Sequence record: OP856590.1
DNA length: 64,000 nucleotides
Reading direction: 5' to 3' (one strand)
Source of the DNA: Escherichia phage Ec_MI-02
A model generated the notes under the pieces. The model was not told where the DNA came from, did no database searches, and saw nothing but the letters and a program-made list of their open reading frames with translations. A program made the position numbers and the translations under genes. This document shows positions 57,275 to 64,000 of the stretch, one piece after another (the first letter of the stretch is position 1; every line of letters begins with the position of its first letter).

Positions 57275-59332
57275 TTATCCTTGAACGAACTTGTAAGGCA
57301 TGTTTGCAATATCTATGCAAGATGCAATAATTCCAAGAGATGATTCTACTTTTTGTTTAACATTTGATGAAACAAATGATGCAAAATCAACTCTGTCTTC
57401 TATTTCAATATCACCTGTCATTGCAACTACTTCACCGGTTTCCATTAGACGGTCACCGTCATAAATTACTGATTCGGTGAGTTCTTCTGTAGTCATAACT
57501 TCAGCTTGAATAAGCTTGTTGTTAGTTTTAGCTGTTCCATCATTGTAAGATGCGTCGGTTATTTTATTGACTTTGACCATCAATCCACGCGGCAAAATGA
57601 CTTCCATTTCATTTGAAGGCGCTAAACTTCCACCTGGTAAAACAACGTTGACTTTATCAGCCCCAGTAATAACCCATCCAATTCCAACTAAATTATCGCT
57701 AGAATTAACAAGTCCTTCATCGTTTTTATCGATAGAAATGTTTAGACGCTTTTCGTCTGGTAAAACACCCACAGCTGAATCAGTCATCCAAGTACCAAAA
57801 ATGTTTGGATATAATGATGTTGATACAAAATTTCTAAAATAAAAAACTCGATTTTTTACCAATGCTTCATATATTGAAGGTAACATTCGCTGTGAACGAT
57901 ATAAAGTAATACCTTTTGGCAGTCGATCACCATTTTTAAAGGCTGAATCTAAATTATCGATGGCTTGTTCTATTTCTGGTGCTGTTAAAATACTTGTACG
58001 CTCATCTGGATTATATAATCCCAAAAGAGCATTATTCATGTCTACATATCCTGAACCTACGTATTCACGAATTCCGCGTTTTTGTGCCGGTGTGTATTTA
58101 GATGAATCTTTATTTTCGACTATAGAATGCAATGACCATCCAACGGTAAGAGCATATCCACGTAATTCTCTTCGAATAATCTTTGTTTTTATTGCATTCC
58201 AAGAATTTTGCACTAACTCATTCGCAGCATCTTGATTTAAATGCGAATGCTTGTTAATATTTCTTTCTAACCAAGCACCTTTATATTTTTCTAAAGTATC
58301 ATCAACTATAGAAGCAATAGTTTCTAAAGTTTTTATTGAAGTAATAGATTCTTTTCGTAATCTTTCTAAAGCTTTATTTTTTATTTCTGCATTAACATCA
58401 GATTCTTTATCTTCAGGAATTATAGAAGCTTCTCTGAATGCCATTCCAGCTGTAACACTATTAAGAGCATTCTCTAATGCAAATCCTGAAGTAGAAATAA
58501 CAGTTAATTCGTTAGCATCAGAAATTAAAGGCGCGTCAGCGGGTTTATTTAATTCTGCTGCTGAAGCCTCAAATTTTTGAAACATTGGTGTTTCAAATCT
58601 AGAAGATTCTAACGATTGACTTTGTGCAATTGCTCTACGGGAAATTTTAACTTTAACGATTACAGCTTGATCAGAACGTTTATCGTTTTCTTGCGCAATA
58701 GATGCTGCAATTGCCTCATTTTTAGTTACTTGAGCTCCAGTATCTTTATTGATATAAACATCACCGACCTTCGATTCAACTTTAGTAAAGAGCTCGGTAC
58801 TAATTTCCGGAACTCCTGGAATGTCTTCTAATGATACATTTTTGCGATGTATAAGAATATATGCGTACTTTTTATCGTAATCCCAGAGTTCCTTAAGAAG
58901 GACGTATCTGCCACCTGAACGACTGCGGATAAGTCTATCAGCAATAAGTTGAATTTGACGAGCTTGACCAGCAGTTTTAGACTTAAGAATACGGAGCATA
59001 CAGGCATCAATTTTATACTGACGCATCGTCTGCATCGCAACAGTAAAAACTGAATTGATGTAATTAATTGGGCTTGGACCGAGACCTTTTAATTTAGCAA
59101 TTGAACCTTTGGCAGTTAATGTAAAAGGAACAATATGCATCATTTTATCGCCCATCTTTAAATCGCGATTAGTATCACCTCCAGATGTATAAGTACATAA
59201 ACGAAAGCCTGGTTGTTCAATTGCGTCATCAACATGAACTGAAAAAATTTGCGGTATTTTCTTCTTTGGATTTAAGTTTGTAATCGGAAGAGTAGTATCT
59301 TCGTCAAATAATTCTGTAATAAGTTCCATCAT
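57275..59332 (-). CDS. alt: Alt ADP-ribosyltransferase (packaged, RNA polymerase-modifying); likely T4 alt ortholog
   Basis: 685 aa (tandem Met start; T4 Alt about 682); ART signature LYRSQ / FVSTSL / EMEVILPRG; N-terminus MELITELFDEDTTLPITNL... matches T4 Alt as recalled. Confidence 0.9.
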   Translation of the reverse strand: MMELITELFDEDTTLPITNLNPKKKIPQIFSVHVDDAIEQPGFRLCTYTSGGDTNRDLKMGDKMMHIVPFTLTAKGSIAKLKGLGPSPINYINSVFTVAMQTMRQYKIDACMLRILKSKTAGQARQIQLIADRLIRSRSGGRYVLLKELWDYDKKYAYILIHRKNVSLEDIPGVPEISTELFTKVESKVGDVYINKDTGAQVTKNEAIAASIAQENDKRSDQAVIVKVKISRRAIAQSQSLESSRFETPMFQKFEASAAELNKPADAPLISDANELTVISTSGFALENALNSVTAGMAFREASIIPEDKESDVNAEIKNKALERLRKESITSIKTLETIASIVDDTLEKYKGAWLERNINKHSHLNQDAANELVQNSWNAIKTKIIRRELRGYALTVGWSLHSIVENKDSSKYTPAQKRGIREYVGSGYVDMNNALLGLYNPDERTSILTAPEIEQAIDNLDSAFKNGDRLPKGITLYRSQRMLPSIYEALVKNRVFYFRNFVSTSLYPNIFGTWMTDSAVGVLPDEKRLNISIDKNDEGLVNSSDNLVGIGWVITGADKVNVVLPGGSLAPSNEMEVILPRGLMVKVNKITDASYNDGTAKTNNKLIQAEVMTTEELTESVIYDGDRLMETGEVVAMTGDIEIEDRVDFASFVSSNVKQKVESSLGIIASCIDIANMPYKFVQG

Positions 59333-59352
59333 ATCCTCTCTAGTGTTTATTC

Positions 59353-59360
59353 TATTTATA
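59353..59360 (-). promoter_or_regulatory. T4 late promoter TATAAATA for alt
   Basis: Exact TATAAATA on minus strand 21 nt upstream of the alt ATG. Confidence 0.55.
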
Positions 59361-59365
59361 AAATT

Positions 59366-59383
59366 AAAGGCCCGAAGGCCTTT
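59366..59383 (-). terminator. UUCG-tetraloop hairpin
   Basis: Minus RNA aaaggcc-uucg-ggccuuu overlapping the stop of the 62-aa ORF. Confidence 0.5.
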
Positions 59384-59570
59384 AATAATCTATTGGTAAG
59401 AGAGTACGGTATATTTCAAACTTTGGACCTTTTTCATAGGCATCAAATGTTTCTGTGAATTTATTATAAGCATATGCATCTATAAATTCAATCATAATTT
59501 GTGATACAGAAGTAGAAACATCTCCACCTTCTTTTTGAGCCACGACAATTGTTTCTAAATAAGCTTTCAT
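59382..59570 (-). CDS. hypothetical protein
   Basis: 62-aa ORF between gene 30 and alt; start overlaps the gene 30 stop. Confidence 0.55.
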   Translation of the reverse strand: MKAYLETIVVAQKEGGDVSTSVSQIMIEFIDAYAYNKFTETFDAYEKGPKFEIYRTLLPIDY

Positions 59571-61030
59571 AGACCAGTTACCTCATGAAAATCACCAAAT
59601 ACATCCTCGAATGTATTAGCTTTAGTTTTATCTTCACGTAAACGAATCGCAATTGGAAGAAATAATTTAACGTAATCGGTGCGGCCATCAGATTTTAACC
59701 AACCATTACATTCGCATTCTAGAATTTTTCCAATATAATAATTTTGGTTTTCCATAATGCGAGTACGGTCAAGTTCATGCGATTTTACACCGGCTTTATC
59801 TTTTAAACCTGAACCAGCATTTACTTTAATTTTTCCACATTCTGATTCAAGAATAAATCCACCCGCTTTAGTAGGGTCTTTACGGTGAGGATAAATTCCT
59901 ACAATTTTTAAATCAACATCAATTACTTCTTTAAATTTATAGAGATTTTTTGAACGAGCATTTTCCCATAATCCATCGATATTTTTGAGAATAATACCTT
60001 CAAGACCTTGGTCAATATACTTTTTATAAATTACCTTAGCTTCATCTAGGTTATTTACTATCTGGTTTTCAATTAAAATTACTTTATCATATCCTGATGT
60101 CATTTGTTCTAGTTTAGAAAAACGTACATCATATTTTAAACGAAACGCTGGAAGACCGTATATTTCTACCAACGGGACATAATCCCAGACCTGAAACTTC
60201 ATGCATTGAGCTTCTTTTTCAGAAATGGTTCCCTTTAAAGATTTATTGGCGATTCCATTAGAAGTAGTACGAGATTCCGCTACTTCGGCGAATTCTTTAG
60301 CTTTACTAATTTCAGGATAAGCATCAAAAAGAAAATCTAGGCCTTCTGGTTCCTTTTTAACTTGCTCATGGTATACCAATTCGCCATCAATTAACACACC
60401 TTCTGGATGAATCTGGCGGGCTTCAGCAGTCATTTTGATTAATTCTTCCTTAAGAAGATCTAATCCTAGATATTCATTACCAGCTCGTGATAAAAGACGA
60501 ACATCATCTAATTCATCGCCTCGGACTTCAGCAAAACACCGGGCTCCATCTGCTTTTAACTGTGCAAAGGCTGGAAATTTGATATTCTTACTAATGCCTT
60601 TTTCATCATAAGAACTTGCCAGCATTTGAGGTTGTTCAGGAATTAAACCTGGCCAAACTTTGTTTGCAATAGATACTGAAGCACCGCATTCAAGGTCTCG
60701 CATCATCACTCGACGCAAAACTTCAACATCATCCTTTTTACCATCAGTGATATATCCAGTTAATTCCTCAATTGCCGCATTTCCAGTCAATTTCCGAGTA
60801 GCTAACGTGAATTCAATGAAGTCAAGCATATCGGTAATAGTCAGCATTCCAAAACTCTGGGTAGCAATACCAGGCTTAGGCCATTTCTTGATATAATACT
60901 GTAACCCACGAGAATAAGTCAGACGATATACTCGTTTAAGCAATTCGTTATCTTTATTCTTTTCAAGAATTGCTTGCTTCTGCTTAGTTGATCCAATAGA
61001 TGCTATTTCATTCAGAATTTTAAGAATCAT
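59567..61030 (-). CDS. 30: ATP-dependent DNA ligase gp30
   Basis: 487 aa, same length as T4 DNA ligase; adenylation motif KADGARC; N-terminus MILKILNEIASIGSTKQKQAILEKNKDNELLKRVYRLTYSRGLQYYIKKW matches T4 as recalled. Confidence 0.96.
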   Translation of the reverse strand: MILKILNEIASIGSTKQKQAILEKNKDNELLKRVYRLTYSRGLQYYIKKWPKPGIATQSFGMLTITDMLDFIEFTLATRKLTGNAAIEELTGYITDGKKDDVEVLRRVMMRDLECGASVSIANKVWPGLIPEQPQMLASSYDEKGISKNIKFPAFAQLKADGARCFAEVRGDELDDVRLLSRAGNEYLGLDLLKEELIKMTAEARQIHPEGVLIDGELVYHEQVKKEPEGLDFLFDAYPEISKAKEFAEVAESRTTSNGIANKSLKGTISEKEAQCMKFQVWDYVPLVEIYGLPAFRLKYDVRFSKLEQMTSGYDKVILIENQIVNNLDEAKVIYKKYIDQGLEGIILKNIDGLWENARSKNLYKFKEVIDVDLKIVGIYPHRKDPTKAGGFILESECGKIKVNAGSGLKDKAGVKSHELDRTRIMENQNYYIGKILECECNGWLKSDGRTDYVKLFLPIAIRLREDKTKANTFEDVFGDFHEVTGL

Positions 61031-61296
61031 TGTTCATCCTTCAGAGTTTGATTTACATTTCTATTATAAATCAATTCATCATTAAGCTCAGGCAAAGACT
61101 TGTGATATGTAGTTCTAACTTTATTTCCTTGCATCCAGTGCTTGACGTAAATGAAACCTTGCTCTACACATTTTTTAAAAATTCGTTCGTCTTTTTGAGC
61201 TCGGAATTCTGGATTGCATCTAAAAAATTGATTTACGTGACCGTAATCACGTGTAGTATTACCTTCATTTTCATAAATAGTATGAACAACAAACAT
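61027..61296 (-). CDS. 30.1: hypothetical protein 30.1
   Basis: 89-aa ORF immediately upstream of gene 30. Confidence 0.7.
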   Translation of the reverse strand: MFVVHTIYENEGNTTRDYGHVNQFFRCNPEFRAQKDERIFKKCVEQGFIYVKHWMQGNKVRTTYHKSLPELNDELIYNRNVNQTLKDEQ

Positions 61297-62135
61297 TAGA
61301 ATGCTCCTTGGAAAATATTATCACCACAAGTAGGTCTATTATACAAATACTCTATACCACCAGGTTTAATATAGTTCCATGTCTGAAATGGATGTGTCTG
61401 ATATGGATGATATAGATGATTATAAGGATTAAATCCAGGCGTTCTCCAGGTAGTGTTCCAAGGAAAAGAATCGTTTTTAACCATCTTCTCAATTAAATCT
61501 TTTATAGCTTTTTCACTATCAAAACTTTCTTTATTTTCCTTTGGTGAAAAAAGCTTATTTTCTATATCATTCCATGTATAAACTCGCTGGGCAGTTTTTG
61601 GAATATTGTCACGCTCTCCTCGAGCCATCCAATACACAGGAACATTTAATATTTCACTCGCATGATCGCAATGGTGAGCGAGATCGTCAATATAACAAAT
61701 TACGCTATATTTCTCTTTTGCCTTTTTGAACAACTCTTCTTTTGAAGAATCATGAACACACATCATTACTTCTGAGAAGGCACCAGGAAAAAGAGCATTC
61801 AAATTAAATTGACGATTCAACAGAGCGTCAATAGAATCACCCAATGCTGTGACAGCTACAAAATTATAATCTTCTTTTAATTTGTTAATTACACACAGGG
61901 CATCTTTATATGGAGACAAGTAACGAATAAAATCTGATCGATTGTATTTTTCAATTAGCTTGACACCGAGTTCTTCATCACAATTAAAGAGTTTACCCGG
62001 AGAAATAAATTTCTCATCTTGGATCATTTTTAAAATATGTTCTAACGGAAGATTATATTTCTGAGCAAAATAAGGAAGGCCTGATTGCCAGCTTAAACAT
62101 ACTCCATCAATATCAGTTAAAATAGTAGGCTTCAT
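61296..62135 (-). CDS. 30.2: HAD-superfamily phosphatase-like protein 30.2
   Basis: 279 aa; HAD motif I DIDGV at the N-terminus, later ICYIDD acidic motif. Confidence 0.7.
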   Translation of the reverse strand: MKPTILTDIDGVCLSWQSGLPYFAQKYNLPLEHILKMIQDEKFISPGKLFNCDEELGVKLIEKYNRSDFIRYLSPYKDALCVINKLKEDYNFVAVTALGDSIDALLNRQFNLNALFPGAFSEVMMCVHDSSKEELFKKAKEKYSVICYIDDLAHHCDHASEILNVPVYWMARGERDNIPKTAQRVYTWNDIENKLFSPKENKESFDSEKAIKDLIEKMVKNDSFPWNTTWRTPGFNPYNHLYHPYQTHPFQTWNYIKPGGIEYLYNRPTCGDNIFQGAF

Positions 62136-62596
62136 AGAGAGTCTCTTAATAGGTTTAACACATCAATAAATTCAGCTTCGGTTAATATTGTATCATCTTT
62201 TGTTAGACCATTAGCCATGCTGTGCTTCAAAACTTTTCCTTTCGAGGCTTGTAATGCATCACGAAAGCCCTTGTTTTGGAACGCTGCTTCAAAATATGCA
62301 TTTGTATATAATTCTTTCCACGCTGGAGAGTATCTTGAAAACGGAACTCCAAGCCAGAAGAGGGTCCCACGGTCCTGAGCTCTAGCATAAGACCTTCCAG
62401 CTTGTTGGGCGGCAAGCCCGGATAACCCAAATATACGACGTTGTTGTTCAATATTTTTCACCTTACACCCTTGGAGGAATCCTTCGAGACCTCCAAATTG
62501 GATACCATCCATAACAAAAGGCCATTGGGCGAAATTACTTAATGCGCATGATGGCCATCTAAAATTGCTTCTAATCTCTAACTCAGACATTTTCAA
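62132..62596 (-). CDS. 30.3: NADAR (YbiA-like) domain protein 30.3
   Basis: 154 aa; LSNFAQWPFVMDGIQFGGLEGFLQGCKV aligns by eye with the YbiA core FSNFAAWPIKVDGKTWPTSEHYFQAQKF. Confidence 0.6.
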   Translation of the reverse strand: MKMSELEIRSNFRWPSCALSNFAQWPFVMDGIQFGGLEGFLQGCKVKNIEQQRRIFGLSGLAAQQAGRSYARAQDRGTLFWLGVPFSRYSPAWKELYTNAYFEAAFQNKGFRDALQASKGKVLKHSMANGLTKDDTILTEAEFIDVLNLLRDSL

Positions 62597-62789
62597 TACT
62601 TATAATTTCAACATCAGCCCAATGACCATAGCAAGGAAGACGAAATTCAACTGGCCAGTTAGGGTCCTTTTCTAATATAATAGACTGTACTTGTGGCTCT
62701 TCATATTCATCGGTATACGGACCTTTATACGTTACTTTATATGTGACCTTAATGTACTGAATTCCAAAAATCTTATTAATTATATTCAT
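62583..62789 (-). CDS. hypothetical protein
   Basis: 68-aa ORF in an overlapping minus-strand array. Confidence 0.55.
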   Translation of the reverse strand: MNIINKIFGIQYIKVTYKVTYKGPYTDEYEEPQVQSIILEKDPNWPVEFRLPCYGHWADVEIISIENV

Positions 62790-62983
62790 ACTAATTCCTT
62801 TAATCCGTAAATAGGAGATAATTCATCGCCCATACGAAGGTCTTCATTTCCATCTACCCAGGAAACAATATAAGCCTCTTTTATTTGAATACCACTCCAT
62901 TTAAATGGAGGTAGAACCTTAGAAATTAATCCAGGTATACCAACTCCCTTTAATTCAACAGTTTGACCTAAAAAGAATTTCAT
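62786..62983 (-). CDS. hypothetical protein
   Basis: 65-aa ORF, stop/start overlap with neighbours. Confidence 0.55.
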   Translation of the reverse strand: MKFFLGQTVELKGVGIPGLISKVLPPFKWSGIQIKEAYIVSWVDGNEDLRMGDELSPIYGLKELV

Positions 62984-63321
62984 TAGAACCTCATCTGAAA
63001 GCCATGCGATTTAACATTACCGCCGCCAATATCAGAAATATTAATTTCACGCGCAATTGAAGGGTCAATGTCAATTTCACGATTGAGTTTAGTGATAGCT
63101 AAAGTATCGCGCCCATTTACAGTACGGAACTCTAAAGGACATACTACATTAACGTAGTTTTTAATCGATTCGCTGGTAGGTTGCAAATGAGCAGGAAGGT
63201 CTTTAGGCGCTTTAGAGAAAACCACTTCACAGAAATTTTTGCGGGTGTCAAAATAAGTAGTCATAAACATAGTATTTTCCTCAGTAAGGGGCCGAAGCCC
63301 CTGTTTTATTTTAAATATCAA
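62983..63321 (-). CDS. hypothetical protein (true start probably the internal ATG near 63271)
   Basis: 112-aa track ORF; its 5' end overlaps the upstream gene and the hairpin at 63288. Confidence 0.5.
   Translation of the reverse strand: MIFKIKQGLRPLTEENTMFMTTYFDTRKNFCEVVFSKAPKDLPAHLQPTSESIKNYVNVVCPLEFRTVNGRDTLAITKLNREIDIDPSIAREINISDIGGGNVKSHGFQMRF
63288..63301 (-). other. UUCG-tetraloop hairpin (third copy of ggggccgaagcccc)
   Basis: Identical 14-mer to 2706-2719 and 42907-42920; lies between two small minus-strand genes. Confidence 0.45.
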
Positions 63322-63676
63322 ATTCGTTAAGAACTACATCAAAGATTGCTTCAAGATGCTCAGGTTTAGCTCTGTTACTCAGAATATGACGAATCCAAGT
63401 TTTAACCAGAAGCTTGCGATTAACGCCATTCCAGCAAGGATGAGTCCCTAAATCGCGTTGACGAAAATCATCATCCAAAGCGATTTTGAAGTTGGAACCT
63501 TCCATTGTGATTGAAACCGTGATGCCATTTTCAAATCGCATATAAACGTAGTTAGGAGTCATATACTGTTCAATTTCGCATACTGATCCATTTTGATGTT
63601 TCCAAAGGCAAATAGTATCAATAGAACCTGCAATACCGTTAGAAACATATTTACGTTCAAAGTTGATGTAGTTCAT
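63311..63676 (-). CDS. hypothetical protein
   Basis: 121-aa ORF. Confidence 0.55.
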   Translation of the reverse strand: MNYINFERKYVSNGIAGSIDTICLWKHQNGSVCEIEQYMTPNYVYMRFENGITVSITMEGSNFKIALDDDFRQRDLGTHPCWNGVNRKLLVKTWIRHILSNRAKPEHLEAIFDVVLNEFDI

Positions 63677-63744
63677 TTTTATTCTCCGAGATGTTTAATT
63701 GCGGTACAGGTATATAATATCATATCCTGTACCAAAGTAAACAA

Positions 63745-63999
63745 TTATTTTACTACTTTCCAGTGCTGCATGTCAAGTTTACCAACTTTTTTCATCTTCT
63801 CAATTAAGCGTTCTGCGCGTTGGCGAGCTGTAACATAATGCCATTCACCTAATTCATTTTGTTCAATTTTTCCAACGATTACTGTATTCAATTCATAAAT
63901 CCAACCAGTAAAGAAATTATGAACTTGAATTGTAAAGGTGAAATCTGTTCCCATACCTTCTGTTGTTTCTACTTCAATAATATCACCTTCAACTGCCAT
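63745..63999 (-). CDS. hypothetical protein
   Basis: 84-aa ORF at the window edge; ATG at 63997-63999. Confidence 0.5.
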   Translation of the reverse strand: MAVEGDIIEVETTEGMGTDFTFTIQVHNFFTGWIYELNTVIVGKIEQNELGEWHYVTARQRAERLIEKMKKVGKLDMQHWKVVK

Positions 64000-64000
64000 T

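Noticed and set aside
57567-58831. Several plus-strand ORFs of 70-110 aa
   Set aside because: Antisense to the alt coding region, with no promoter or RBS context; the same applies to similar antisense ORFs inside genes 5, 7, 12, 19, hoc and inh listed in the track.

Overview
This window is a T4-like (Tevenvirinae) phage segment, very close to T4 but not identical (lysozyme differs from T4 e at a few residues). Reading left to right: 3'-truncated lysozyme gene e and nudE (minus strand); a block of small hypothetical and membrane genes; two internal-head-protein-like genes with capsid-targeting N-termini; a minus-strand cluster of 9 tRNAs split by a 161-aa HNH-like ORF; 57B, 57A, and genes 1, 3, 2, 4 (minus); then the plus-strand late structural module 53, 5, 5.1, 5.4, 6-12, wac, 13-15, 16/17 terminase, 18/19 sheath and tube, 20 portal, 67, 68, 21, 22, 23, 24; then rnlB, 24.2, 24.3, hoc, inh (minus); uvsW and uvsW.1 (plus); uvsY.-2, uvsY.-1, uvsY, 25, 26 (minus); 51, 27, 28, 29, 48, 54 (plus); and finally two tandem full-length Alt-type ADP-ribosyltransferase genes, DNA ligase 30 and small 30.x genes (minus). 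Most of this is a well-described conserved core, not a new system. The candidates worth a second look are accessory: the tandem Alt paralogs, a NADAR-like plus HAD-like pair beside the ligase, the HNH-like ORF inside the tRNA cluster, a tRNA set that differs from T4, the IP locus bounded by repeated early-promoter cassettes, and a recurring tetraloop hairpin family. All calls rest on reading the sequence and recalled T4 knowledge; no database search was run. The supplied ORF track uses non-ATG starts in places (TTG at 34616, 46322, 13670), so several starts were moved to the ATG matching the T4 protein length.
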